Source of the DNA: Ylistrum balloti
Taxonomy: Eukaryota
Length of the DNA stretch: 64,000 nucleotides
Direction of reading: 5' to 3'
Assembly (NCBI RefSeq): GCF_031769215.1
Contig: NW_026782047.1
Coordinates: 1,364,001-1,428,000 of the forward strand
The position numbers and the translations under genes were made by a program. The notes under the pieces are model-generated. The model saw nothing but the letters and a program-made list of their open reading frames with translations, searched no databases and was not told the DNA's origin. This document shows positions 41,401-56,004 of the stretch, piece after piece. The number at the start of each line of letters is the position of its first letter. The stretch's first letter is position 1.

Positions 41401-42176
41401 TAACGCATTTTAGTATACAGAAGTGTAAATGTGGAAAAACAAAATGTTCCCGTAGAAGATACTTTTGTTCAAATTTGGTTAACAACTCTTTACAGTGCTT
41501 CATATTCCATATAACATTAATTGCACTTTCGAGTATTTAAAAAGACTATAGTACGAACAGTGGTAGTAAGACGCCATGAAACGCTATTAAAATGGGTTTT
41601 TGTGAACTTTAGAAATCCAATCTTAAAGAAAATGGTCCGGGTCCTTAGCATTTACTAATGTAACTGGGAATTTCTTATCGATTAAGCATAGTTATCTTTT
41701 TTCGTATGCTTACGGTCAATATCAAATATAATATAGATACTTTATAGATTTTAGTATTTATTAATTGTAGTTATTGAATAAAGTCCATTGAATATCTTCA
41801 TTACCTAGAACACTTCTTCTACCCTACTATATCACAAATTACACGTCCACTTTTTTTTTGTATCTAAGACACGAGCTAGTCCTACAATTCACAAACAAAA
41901 AGGATATCAACAATTTACTTTATTCCGTATAAAAAGTAATCTTTTTATAATCCTATATCTATTATTCATAATTTGTAACTTTCAGCCTAGCTCAGCTATA
42001 TCATTACCAATAAATATGATACAGTTGTGCAGTTCTGTTATTTTATTCCTTTTTAAATCAACATGTAATTAAAGTAGAATACTTGTCGAGATAATGCGAT
42101 ATACTGCATCATTACACGAATCTACATATATGTACATATGTCATTAGATACAGCAAGGCCAAATACAAGTTTAACT

Positions 42177-42219
42177 GCATCACCAACTGTTTCGAACTTA
42201 TAGGATTCGTCAGTGATGA
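42177..42219 (-). ncRNA. Degenerate hammerhead motif (same repeat family)
   Basis: TCATCA CTGACGA ATCC TATAA GTTC GAAA CAGTTG G TGATGC; core boxes kept, stem II and cleavage site eroded. Confidence 0.58.
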
Positions 42220-44834
42220 TAAAGGTCTACATTTTGAAACGAAGGACTGAGGAAAATTTTAGTGATCGAACGAAATGCAAAAAATCTAAAATGGGGAGGC
42301 GCATTGCTGGTTGTTATGGTAAACAAATAACTAATGCAGAGTGATAATGGAAATCAGACTGGTCCCAATGTAAATAATGATAAACTAAAAGTTGAACGTA
42401 CCTAAAACTGCATGCAAATAGACGATAAACAGCAATGCAAAGTAATTGTCGGAGAAAATAAAAACAAACAAGACAAATATTATATCAAACCCTTTATTGA
42501 ATAACTTGTTCCACTTGTTTGAATTACAAATAAGTATCAGTTATTTACATAATATGTATACACCAAGAAAGCAGATCCCAATATTCGCATGTCTCTATCG
42601 AGAAAGCAGACAATATTCTGCGTTCTCGCGTTACAGGTTTCACTTAATGTCTGTCAATTAAAGTACCACTCTTAAAATCTTGGTATATTTACATAAATAT
42701 TGTTTCGATGTTCACGTATCTGTAGTCCATGCACTACATTATATCTGGAACAGCCAACGTCATTTAATTACTTATCTCAATGCTTTCACCTTTCATAAGT
42801 CGAATGTGTAATTAATTCGAAATTACAGTTTGGTTATTCGTGTTTATAAAGGAAAATGAAACATAAATACAATATATACAGTATATCGTATATCGGGATT
42901 TTTTGTGCGTTCCTAATCTTTACGAATTTAGCGACCTTTTCAAAATAACAAAAAATCAAGATAACAAAATTTGCATTTTTTTTTAAAAAACACGAGTAAT
43001 ACATCTATAGAGTTGCTGTACCTACATGCACCTGAATACTTTGTAGTCGTGACCACTTCTACGATAGATAAATACTAGTTGGTAGGTAAACTTCATATCT
43101 AGTATGACTAGTCAATACGATCTCCAGTTGATGTTGGATCTACTCTGATCAAAGTCTTCAAGAGACGCATTCCAAATTTCTGAGGCGATGGAATCGAAAG
43201 AAAAGAAAATAAGCAAAATTTGAAAAAAGACATATTTTTGGAATTTTCGCAAAAATATCCCGATATACTATATATGCGTTGTTATAGTCGAAGTTTTGCA
43301 ATTTCTTGTTATAAGTCCTACATATCTCCATTGATATGATAATATAGTAACTGACCTAAAGCTGTAATCAGTACGTTTCCTAGACTGATGGTTTTAATGT
43401 AAAGAGTAGAGACAAGTTATTTATGTTATTTACTCATCAGTTTTTGTCTTTAACTTTTTTACGGTCTTAAATTGATTCAAATTGCCATTTAAAATTAATC
43501 TAGATTTAAAACAAAAGTTTCGTGTCGTATTCTAATTGTGTTATATTAGGGTTTTTAGCGCTGATTTACATTCCAATTCTCCGTCTCTCAGGATCTATAA
43601 GACAGCTGTTTGATATGTAAGTAAGACGTAATGGACGATTTGTTTTTATATACCTACCATATGGTACAACATTGCTTCAAATGTCTTGGATGAAAACTTC
43701 CCGAATATAGGAATATAGGACGTTGTTTAAAGTTCATAAATCATAACAAAGAAAATTTTAGCCTGTGCTATTAGGATGACTAGTGTGAGGCGCTCTCTAT
43801 TGTGTAATGAATTATGTATCTTGATTTATCATTGAAATTATCACGTTAACTTGGTTTCATTTACTAAATTTTAAAAGTGTCAGTCCTGACTATTCCCTCC
43901 TGTCTATATATAACTTTGCAAAACTGTATCATCATGATGACTCAGCCTATTATTCTACTTCTATGTAGATGTCTCTATTCAGGACATTCCTTGTCAAACT
44001 TAGTTACATATTTATCTGTTAATTTTTGTATGTGCGATCTCGTTTCGTCAAGAACTAAACTGCTTTTTCAATGTGCTTAATTCGGGAATCTTTTGAAAAG
44101 CTCTCGGTGAAGGATAGTTGCTGAAAGGAACATATGAAGTAATACTGATATCTATACTTATATAGGTGGTAAATGATCTTGTATTGTTGTTCCAGTAGAA
44201 ACTTGATTTGATTTCATGAGGGGATTCTATTTCATTCACGGTGTACATTTCCTGTTTGAGATAAGAAAACAAAAATATGATACATTGCAGGAAGTATGTT
44301 TATCTACATAATTCCACCCAAAACCGTAATGAAAACCCAAAACAAGAAGAAAAAACGACCAATCAAAGCTACGTATACAAGATTGTCTACAGTATACAGG
44401 TAATCAAAGCAATATATATACAAAGTGTTAGAGCTGTCTAGTAAACTCCCTTGCATTTACAGGTAAGTAACCTTATTCGACTAAAAACTGAGAAGCCAAT
44501 AAATTGACCAGACTGTCAATTGATCTACCTGCTAACAAACAAATTTCATGTACACCACGCGACCTGTTCATGTACACCACATAGTCTGATCATGTACACC
44601 ACATAGCCTGTTCACTGGTCATGCTATAAGACAGATGGCCTGTTAAACTGACTGCATGTGCTGTAAAATGACCATCATATGAGCCGATAAGGTTTTCAGT
44701 CGAGTGAAAAATGACACCCTGTGAATGATGGTACTGTGAGCCAAGTAGCCTGTAACGTGGTCAGAATGGGTATCATGTCCAGTCGAAAACTGACCAACCT
44801 TCATAGTGAACTGACCAGCCTTTATTTCTATTTC

Positions 44835-44865
<31 letters not shown>
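44835..44865. repeat. (CA)n(TA)n microsatellite
   Basis: Direct reading. Confidence 0.9.
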
Positions 44866-46343
44866 CTTGTATTTATATATTTATTTGAACCTTCAAATTA
44901 CAAAAAAAAAAACCCGGTTATTTCATCTTACAACAGACAGATATTACGGTACTGTATCATCCCTCCTTTTGTCTACATTTATGAACAAATAAAAATCATA
45001 AAAAAGAAATAACAATAATTGGACAAAATATATGAAAAAGCCTATAATATCTACTGTAGTTTAACACATCCCGTCTAATTTATCTCCTAGAATACCTCCA
45101 TTATCAAACGATAGCACAGAGAATGCTTAAAAGTTTGTAAGAAGACACCAATGTGTGTTGTCATATAATTAGGACGTCATGTAAAAATGTACAATAGTGC
45201 CATAAATATACACACATAACGGATGTAACTCCGACGTATCTGTACAAATAAAGTAGAATGATAACTATCCTTTATTGTACATTTAGCGTTCCTGTACAAA
45301 TACAATAGGATGATAACTATCATTAATTGTACATTTAGCATACGTACCGTAACAATGCATAGCATAGCATCCTGGATATAACCCACATCATAACCTTACC
45401 AAACAAACTGGTTGGTATACTATTCTTTACAGCACTTGCGTTTCTGCGTTATATATATATAAACTTTGTACCTTTTGTACTTACATATTATATTACATAT
45501 CATAATATTGATTTGTTCATTGGTCTATCAAAGGACGTTGATATATATATATACATCAACATTGGAATAATTGGAATATTACATTATTTATTCACTATGA
45601 TATTACGAATATATCATAGAATATCTCGTTACTTTCTCAGTATAACGTGTATGTCTATTATCTCTAGATAATGGTTACAAAAAAAATCAGAAAATTATTA
45701 GATAATCGCGATTCTGGAACATGATATTACCACAACAAGAAATTTGATAAAACTTTATATAACGATATGGTTTAAAGATTTGATTTTGTTATAAAAATAC
45801 ATGTCATTACACTGCTATTGTGTCAACCATCAAACTATGTCTACCTATACATAGCAAAACTCATTTACATATAAGAGATATAATTCTTATAAAATCGTGG
45901 CCATAATGAACTTTTTAATTACATTCAGTCATCACTATCAGTTTGACTGACGAGATTAACTCGAATGTGATTTCTAAATTATCCATCTTGAATGCTGAAT
46001 GTCGGGTAAGGAACGAGTCGTTCCACATCCGGGCTTCATAATTTAGTAACAAGTAATCTGATTGGCTCAAACTTTCTAATCAATCAAACTACTCGTAACT
46101 GAATTTGAGCGTAATATTCAGCACTGAAGACATTTTAGCTAGTGGATGTAGATATCGATGTAGATATCGCATTTATATTTCAATTAATAAAGAAGTTAAG
46201 ACTTATTCTTACAGATTGAACATTATAACTAGTATGGGTCATAGTTCAATTACTGATGTAGATGGTTGGAGATATCGCAACGAAAAATCTGTATTTAAAG
46301 CTTCATTGAAGACTTTCATAACCAATGAATTTTCCATCGGTAG

Positions 46344-46860
46344 TATGTCCCATCACTAAAGTAACTCTGTCCGTTGATGCTATGTCCCATCACTAAAGTA
46401 ACTATGTCCGTTGATGCTATGTCCCATCACTAAAGTAAATTGTCCGTTGATGCTATGTCCCATCACTAAAGTAACTTGTCCGTTGATGCTATGTCCTATC
46501 ACTAAAGTAACTATGTCCGTTGATGCTATGTCCCATCACTAAAGTAAATTGTCCGTTGATGCTATGTCCCATCACTAAAGTAACTTGTCCGTTGATGCTA
46601 TGTCCTATCACTAAAGTAACTATGTCCGTTGATGCTATGTCCCATCACTAAAGTAAATTGTCCGTTGATGCTATGTCCCATCACTAAAGTAACTTGTCCG
46701 TTGGTGCTATGTCCTATCACTAAAGTAACTATGTCCGTTGATGCTATGTCCCATCACTAAAGTAAATTGTCCGTTGATGCTATGTCCCATCACTTAAGTA
46801 ACTTGTCCGTTGGTGCTATGCACTAAAGTAACTATGTCCGTTGATGCTATGTCCTATCAC
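46344..46860. repeat. 36/37-bp minisatellite (~14 copies) with a 109-bp higher-order trimer
   Basis: Unit atgtcccatcactaaagtaactatgtccgttgatgct; the actatg variant recurs at 46401, 46510, 46619 and 46728. Confidence 0.95.
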
Positions 46861-47022
46861 TACTGTGATTGTAAACATTTTACAAATTCTATAGTAGGAA
46901 TGATCGTTGAAATTATAAAGTTGGATTTCATCATTTGTTTTTTGAAATATTCCTTTACAAATGGTCATCTTGGAAAGGTCGAAAATACCCTAATTCAACC
47001 TTGAATTCAATATAATACTGAA

Positions 47023-47211
47023 TACTTCAGAAGTCCGTTTAAAATGCTATGGGTGTGTAGTACGTCAGAAGTCCCTTTATAATGTTATGGGTGTGTAGTA
47101 CGTCAGAAGTCCCTTTATAATGCTATCCGTGTATAGTATGTCAGAAGTCCCTTTATAATGCTATCGGTGTATAGTACGTCAGAAGTCCCTTTATAATGCT
47201 ATCCGTGTATA
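47023..47211. repeat. 38-bp minisatellite, ~5 copies
   Basis: Unit tacgtcagaagtccctttataatgctatccgtgtatag (47061, 47099, ...). Confidence 0.92.
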
Positions 47212-50017
47212 GATTGTACTATAGAACCTAATCTGTACAAAATCTGTAAAAACGTGTTGGTAACTAACTACAACGAAAGATCAATACGTATTAAACCTGA
47301 AACACATCAAGCTCTAAAATAAGAAAACCTTTGGTTGTTTAAAATATTATTGACTGATTCAAATTAAACCCCTGATACAAAATAGTGATACATGTTTGTA
47401 TTTACTGTATCAAAATAAATCTTTTTTAAAGATGAAGGCCATTTTCTTTTCATACATGTATATGCAGATGTTTTCTTATCAGTGCAAAGTAATCATAGAA
47501 AATAAGATATAGATACATGTGAATTTTTGACAATTGAAAGATTTAATCTTTGCATCGACCCAAACTCTTTTATCATTTTAAGATTTCAAAATATAAAATC
47601 ATGCGTACATGTATTGAATAGTTTGTGAAAAATGAAAAACCTACAAAAGTTGATTTCGAGAAAAAAAATTTTTTCCCCTCATATTTTTTATTTAGAAGGA
47701 TAGTGACGTTTGAAACCCGTTAAGTAATCTTTCTTCTATCAACAAAGTGCAAAGCAGTACCTAAATAGGTATCTATTTTTTTCGTCGAAATTATTTTCTT
47801 TATGTTTAAGAAATGTTGACGCTTTAGAGGACATCAATGTATAGATTGAGGGTCTTTCTGTTCCGCCATGCCTTTCTGTACATACAGCACTTGGAAAAGA
47901 CAATATAAACACAACATCCTGAAATACTCGTTAGTTACGCTCCAGTGACTTTGTGTACATTAGTGTTGATTGTATAGCGTTTACTGAAGTATTGACGCCG
48001 TTTCTATAGCTTTACCATGCTGTCTGTACAGTCATCCCAATAACCGGAAATTAACACTCGCTCATTTTACACGGTCAGTATACACGGGAAAATAAACAGA
48101 ACATAATAAGCAGCAAGGTACAAGAGACATTTTACGAACCACATAAACACATTAATTTATGTCAGTGTTGAAGAGTTATGTTCCACGGTAAGTACGTAAA
48201 CATGTAGGTATTTCGTTACCACAGCACCAGACTAACTCGTACCTATTAACCTGTTTGTTTTAGATGTTGTATGTGTTTACCATTGGCAGAGATTTAAAAC
48301 CGATCAATGTATTAAACAGACTTATAGAGAAGTACTTGTCTTTTTGAAAACGATCGAGATTAAAAGCACATAACGTTTCCACCTGCTCTGCGACTAATAT
48401 CCTGCAAATATGAACATTTACGGTAGAAACTTATTGAGATTTCACAAGTGTAGGAATCCCGATTTGTCAATCCTTTTATTATTTAACATCCGTTTGGCAA
48501 TCATACTCCTCTGCGAAACTGATCTTAGATTAAAAGATTTCCCATCGAGATCTTCCTTAATGACGATGAGCAAACAATAATACTATTGTATTCTTTGTAG
48601 CAGAACATCAAACACTAACCTTTTTGAAATAGTAAAACCTCGTACTTTTGTTTCGAAATCAAACCAAAATAATGAGTTGGATTCATCACTACAAGGGAAT
48701 AATTGGATGGACAATTTTTATATGTAACTTTCAATCCAGAGGTATTTTTCTTTTTCAGTTGTGCTTATATTCAAAAACGGATTCCGTACTCAAATTACGG
48801 TCATCATAGCTATCAGTAAGAGATTTAACAGATTATAACTGGAGAAGAGAACTACAGCTTTGACTCGTTTCCAGGCTAAAATCAGTCTTTTATGGGATAG
48901 GAAAATTAATTAATTAGAAATTTAATAGGTTCATATAATAGAACCGGAGTTTTATCTAGTGTCCATGCTAAACATACTGTTATTTCAAGGAATAATTATC
49001 GCACGAATACTTAATTAAGCATGGAAGGCATTTTAACATAGAGTCCTTCCATCGCCTAACCCAGTGCATGTTAAGAAAGGACATAGACCGCGTGGAGGAT
49101 GTTTGTGTACGGGAAGACAGGGTTAACACTAAATGATGGATTTTTGATTCCAGGATTTTCCTTAGCTTATTAGATTTTTACATGTATAAACAAATGTTAA
49201 TTAATGTTGACAAATCGAGTACGGTGTGATTTGATTTTACACCGGAACGTCAATAAAAAGCAGGGTATTTCCTCAGTCTAATACACTATTAACACCAGAA
49301 TACTAATTATTAAGGATAAATCTTAATTAAGTATTATGAACCCCCATGTTTACAATACAAAATCTCTTGGCATCTATTGAAAACATCTTTAAGTAATTTA
49401 CCAATTCTGAAACAACATCTCAAGAGGGGAAGTTTAAATTTGATAGAGCACGACATTCGGTGTAAGAATCTTGTTTGACTATTTCGAGAAAAAAATGTAT
49501 AGCTATTTATGCATCAATTATAAAATAAAAGCAAGCTAATAGATAAATGGTTAATGAATAATAAACGCTCAAAAAAAAAATAAAAAAAAAAAAAACATTC
49601 TGACAAAAAATAATGAACCCCTTATTGAGGTCTGAATAATGCTACAAATTTTGCTTTAGTTCCTTTGTTAGCGACGGTACGTGTGCGAGCATCTTCATAT
49701 TGGTACGGCGTCAAAGTGAGCGCGTTTCGCTAGAGTCTGTCATACGTCAAGCAGTAACATCAACGACCTCACTTACTCCACTGTAACGCTAATGGGAACA
49801 ATCGAAAGTAAATAAGGACTTGCAATCTCCTACTACTTCCGAAATTGACGTACTGGTGGAAATCAAAATCTCGTAATCTTTTAATACTTTTGTTTTACAC
49901 TTAAAACGATATCGAATCAAAGAATAAATTTGATAGAAATAAATTCATATTGGAAAATTATATATTTATATATGTCGATATTTATTCATTGTCATGTAAT
50001 ATATATGCGTTTTGCAT

Positions 50018-53000
50018 TCAGTGACCCTTAATATCCCCGAGTTCGTCGTCAGGTGGGACCAGGATTGAAAGCGTCACAGCAAACAAGAGGATAAGGAAAC
50101 AAACCAGCAATGTCCGATCTATTACTAGCGCCACCTGCTGCCACTCCAATTTTATGAAATCTTTTCGATCTTGGTCCGCTAAACGCATTTCGTTCCTTTC
50201 AATTGTCCAATTCACTTTTTGTAGTACCCGCACAAACTGTCGTTCACAATATTCACTGTTTGCGACGTTCAAGCGTCTGGTGAATCGTGGGGAAACACCA
50301 CCATTTTCAGAAGGAACTTCTGTTTCGAATTTGTCAAATTTGTAGTATTCTCCTTGTGGAACTTTTTCCTGGAAAGAAATCAAGACAGTGTTATTTTGTT
50401 ACCTGTAGTCATTGAAAATATATCAACAAACCATAAATGGCCGATCTATACAATCTTTAGAGACATATAAAATTATAACGCAGATTTAATCCTTCTCATA
50501 TCTAAAAGATATACACATATAACTTGTCATCATACCGTCCGCACTGATCAATCATCAAATTCGTATTATTGACAAGAGATCCCGTAGGGAGACAACCATT
50601 ATTTAGTCTTTATTTGTCACCGTTTTTGTCCCTGTTCTTTCCTCAATTTTTGTGCTTGTAAATATACGAAAGTTGAAAAAATATTTTTTTTGAAATAACG
50701 ATAATGATCACAGACGCCTCCTCAGCTTTAGGCCTAAAGCATCACTAACGAGTCCTACGAGGCTAATTGATAAGTTGTGAACGTCATATTTAAGAGTTTG
50801 ACCTTTGCCGAACATATTGCATTGTTTTTAAACACAATCCCCTTCAGTGTCTTTACACTTTTCATCCATAGTTGCAAACCTCTTCAGAAACTGACCAGGT
50901 TCTGCTTCTAAAAGGTTAAGCTTAACACGCAACAAAGTTCGCCTCGTTTGACGCTGATCAACTGTCGGAAATCTTGGTAACATACGGTATGAGAGATTTC
51001 TCATTGCAAGATCTTCTGTAAGATTAGAATGTACTATTTCCTGTAGTGGCTTTCACTCTGTAACTCGCCTGCCAGCAATAAAACTTCATGGACTTTATTG
51101 ATAATTTTTAGGGTTGCAACGGTGACAGTTTTCCCAGCATTCGCGTCATCCCCAAGGCTCTGCCTGTCATGTTTAAATTCCGCCATCCACCTTTTCAATG
51201 TAGCAATCATGTATGAAGGGGCAACATTCCTTAGTGTTGCTACCATATCAGTATGAATATCCTTAGGTGCTAGACCGTTCTTATACAAATATTGATTTAC
51301 TGCTCTTTCTGCGATTTTTTCCATTTTCCAAAAGTCAAAAGTCTTGTTGACTTTACGGTGCTACCTCTTCGACACAACCTGACCAAATGACTTTGGCTAC
51401 ATAGACTTAACTACTAAGTGGATAGTAGAGCTGAAAAAGGACATCCCTGCCTATCTTCTTCAATACAAGGCTCACTACTTATCAATCAGCCCTCATATAA
51501 GGACGAAGCAGCTCTGCTACCTATGCTAAATTGTGATTTAAAGGTGCGATTCTTTCGTGCAATCTTTAACTATAAATCCAAGATGGTCGCCTGACAGCCG
51601 TTGTGTTTTTCGGATCCGTTCCAAAACCAGAAACGAGCAACTAGGTACCAAGAGAAACCTACATACATGCATGAGGTTCCAATTTATGTAAAGTTTCCCA
51701 TAAAAGCCGCCTACACCTGTATTTCTTTCAAACTTTGCATGTTTATAGTACAATAGATGACGACAATATGACAAAAACATACACTTGAATTTTACTCTTT
51801 TAGATAAAAAAGGCCCAAAGGACCCACACGTTAATGAACTGACTACATGTCCAAACGTGCATTAGTTACATGTTTTTGTATCACCTTTTTCATAAATTCT
51901 GGTTTTGTTACCTTCCCAAATCATTATTCACCATTTATATATTGGTAATGGAAAACAATAACGATTAAAAAAAAAAACAATTTTCAAAACCAGGTTATCA
52001 CAAAATATATGAAATCTTATGAAATAAGTTTTGTCAACCATTTTTATCTATTTGATAATTAGTTCAATATGTGTTCTATCACCACGTAAATTTGAAACCA
52101 GCAAAATTGAAACTTCAATGAGGCAAACATTTTAAAAGAGGCAATGAACAGCATAATTGCGCCATTAGACATATTAGATCATTAAAAGTTGTAAACATAG
52201 TTAGAGACTGATGTACATTATAATCTTATAGTTGTTCTTTATTATTATTTTTTATCAAAATATTCATATTCGGTTTGCAGCATTTGAATACTATTTGCCC
52301 TGTCAATGACTAGACTTAAGTAATATTTGATTGCGAACACTGTCCTCACAGAACATGAGGAAAATCAGGCCGACACATCAACAAGTTCAGTATAACAATG
52401 CAGTGGCCCTCAATAAGCCAATTTCCTTCTCTTTGGCTTGCAATTCAATATCCAAGTTTTATCAGTAATTGTTAAATCAGGATTAAAATAACTATATTGC
52501 ACTTTGTTTAACAACATCGAAATGCATTTGAGAGCAAAATTATTATAATATGTCATAGTAACGTAATACATCATTATTTTGACGTCAGAGTAGTAGATTA
52601 TAAATGTATACTTTTTCATCAAAATGACTAAAAGAATGTTTGACTTCATTTATCTATCAATAACTATTTTTTGAATGCTAGAAAAATATATTCCCAAATT
52701 TAATATTTTTTTTGTGCACAGAGTATACATATAATTTGTTTTTGAAACGGAAAAAGCTATAACGTAAGTCTTTGATGACGTAGGCTTCAAACATGAGATA
52801 TCATGAATTGTAAAAATGTTCACTTTTTCATTCCTTAGGGGACAATGGGAAACGGGCGCATCAACTTTACGAGAGATCAATCCAATACTGTTCAAGAAAT
52901 AACAGCATGGTTTACAGACTACGGACATAAGGCGATTTGAATATCCGATCTTCAGTAAGCTAAAGAACATAATCACAGAGGGAATGACACAACAATATAA

Positions 53001-55967
53001 ACATTTTCAATTAGAAAATATTGTCTCTTAAATAAGTCACGTCAGGTTATCGACTAATTACTGTAAAAAGGGAAACATAGTAAAGTTTGTACCATTCCCG
53101 GCTCCGGTGGAGGTTCCGGTAGATCCAGCTTGATAAACAGGATCCGGGCAAAGACACCAAAGCAAACCTTCTTTAGTAACATGGGAACCTCAAACCCTCG
53201 GGAGCCTTTGTGGTGAATATTCAACGTGAATACATTCATCGCGGTGGCGAATGAGACAATTGCGATGGTGATGCCGTAATACAAACCTATAATAGAAAAA
53301 AAACATTGTTTTTATAAAGGGACTCGAATGGTAAGCTTTGTCCAATAAAAATGTAAATAACATTTAAAAGAAGTGATATATAGGTTAAAATAAAGCTGTG
53401 CTTCAAAACTTGAAAAGCAAGTGAAGAAAAAGATGGGTTTACTTTTCAAAATAGGAACATATGAATCCTTCCAAATGTCGAAGTATTATTTCAATTGATT
53501 AGATAACGATAATGAAAACAGTGGGACAATAATACATTGTACATATGTCATAACACGGAAATATGAAATGTGGATTTTGTTACCGTAACAGAATCTGTAA
53601 TAACTGATTTTGTATAACATTATGCATAGTGTATGATTTTTTTATTATACACACACAACTATACAAACATAAAAAGACAATTAGTGTTGAGAATGCTTTT
53701 GAAAAATACAGATTAATTGTTAATAAGACATGTGGGGTAGAAAACAATATCATTGATGTAAAATTAGGGAGATTTTTGTAGTGAATTGTTACCAATACAG
53801 GTATTTCAGTGAAACGATTCAAACAATTCGTTAATTGGATATAAGCTGACGTCTGGGAAAAGACTGACTGATGGTGTGTTACACAAGTCAAAGACCCATA
53901 GGAAAAAGGTTGTCATTTTATATAAAACAAAGACCAATAAGAAGTAAGTTTGAAAGTGTCATTTCTTACAAAACACAAACCTACCTGTAGCAGGTTGATA
54001 TTATCATGTTACACAAACCAAAGACCAATAAAGTTGAAAGTGTCATGTTATATAAAACACAGGCTCACCGGGGAAAAGGTTGATAATTTTAAGCAATATA
54101 AAACACGGGTTACATAGAAAAAACAGTGTTAGTGTCATGTTATAAAAACTTTAAGAATAGATGCTGTAGTGTTTACCAGGACATAAATCCACTAAGAAAC
54201 GGTACACGGTACCGTGTTGAAAAGACCCACTAGGGACACGTTTGTAAACGAGTGCGGCTTACTCTGGCATTGTTAGTTGTGTATTCAAGAAGTATTGCCA
54301 ATCGCTATCAACAACAACCATTTGCTATAGAGCTGAAAACAACAACTAGTACTAATAAGTATTCCGATTGAAAGTAATTGGAGTTATATTGGATTATCAC
54401 GTGATCTATGATAATCACGGTTATCACCAGCAAGGCTAAAAAATAACCGAGCGAAAAGAGGCTTATTCATCGAGGTGTCGTAAAACCAGGAAGTTGGAAA
54501 CAGCTCTAGGATACAGTATAATGCATTATCTCGCTATACTAAAACTCATTCTAAATTTGCTATACACTTGTGTGCATTTGTTTAAAGCGCATCACGTTTT
54601 TCGATACTGTAGCTTTTTACAAATTTAAAGGAAATAAAAATAATAATTTTGTGAGAATTATGGAATTATATGGAATTCCCATCCACTGATAACGCTTCTA
54701 GAACCACATCAAAACAAATATTGAGGTTCATAAAAAGGAAAGAAAAGAGACGACAGAGCACTTAATGCTGTCAAATAAAGGATCGATAAGAAATCCAAGA
54801 AACAGACAGGATGAAACAAACCTGTAAATAGGAATCGGTAAAAACAACAACAACAAAAAAACATGGGGTTAAAAAGGTCTCATGAAGCATGGATACATTA
54901 AATTAAACCATTTGAGAGCAAGGTCATGATACACATTGTTCTTAATTACGGCCAACACTAAAGTGTATGTGACAGTTTAACTCGGGAAGTTATAGTTATC
55001 TGGGTGATGCCTTTATATTTGCCACTGGGAAGGGCACATTTTCTACGTCATCAAAAACAAAGACGTGCGAGAGTCTTCGTGAATTTCTTTTTTTAATTTG
55101 GTACCAAAGAGCAAAGAACCTAAATTGCACAGAGAAGGGGAGTGGTGTTTTTTTTATCTATCACGAAACAGAGATAATACGTATTTACTAAGATGCACTG
55201 AAGTAATCTTAACAATTTATGAGCATTCAACATCGTTACCGTATATTCCATATTCACGTTTAAAAACAAAGAAAGAAATACGTTGGACATTGGCATTGAA
55301 TAATAATAAAAAAAAATACAAAGAAAAAGAGAAGAAGGGACGTTTTACAGCATGGCATTAAAATATAAGTACGGCATCTTTACCTTTTTACAAAACGAGA
55401 ATTGAACAGAACTTGTTAAGATGATGAGCACACGTAATCGCCACGCGCTATGGTATGTACGTGTTTTGATTATGCAAAATACTTGCCAACATTAACAGTA
55501 TGAAAAAGATCGAAGGTCAGGAATGAGCTGCATAGGCAATGAAAGAGTATTTAATTGTGGAAATAAGAACTGCATTAACGTAAATTCAGTTTAAAAAAAC
55601 AGGAATTTAGTAATATCGATCAAATTAGTTGAAAGGAAATCTAATTGTAGAATAAGAGTAATCGCGATTTGTAACACTTTCGAAATGAAGGCGATTTTGG
55701 ACCTGTCACTGGGGCAATTCCGTAAGCATTCAAACATGGCGGCAATACCGATCTACTTGAAGCTGTTTCGCGATTTTATTATCGTGCACTCTTCTTCTTC
55801 GTTTGAATGATTAAAATAAATTTCTTAATTTCGTTAGAAAAAATCATCTCTACTTCATCGTCTTACTTTAATGAGGTTATCCCTTATGATTATTGTTTTT
55901 TTGTTAAATGTTTTTCATTGAATATAATACATATAAAACAAAACACGTCTTCATCCTTTCCTACTTG

Positions 55968-56004
<37 letters not shown>

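Noticed and set aside
45947-45975. CTGACGAGATTAACTCGAAT hammerhead-like string
   Set aside because: GAAA is replaced by GAAT, stem II has only 2 bp, there is no stem I/III complement, and the flanks do not match the repeat family.
12270-47211. Regular arrays (71, 42, 28, 32, 30, 37 and 38 bp) as possible CRISPR arrays
   Set aside because: Units are head-to-tail with no unique spacers, there are no cas genes, and the context is eukaryotic.
3402-50345. ORFs antisense to or frame-shifted over real exons (3402-3599, 9798-10010, 9815-10000, 17814-17999, 22664-22852, 30059-30337, 30584-30802, 34040-34285, 34054-34275, 50154-50345)
   Set aside because: Shadow ORFs explained by the codon structure of the true exon.
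52927-52959. Possible 33-nt in-frame cassette exon (LTEDRIFKSPY) in the nAChR M3-M4 loop
   Set aside because: The acceptor is good but the donor (gtccgt) is weak, and the gene model is complete without it; it would need junction reads.
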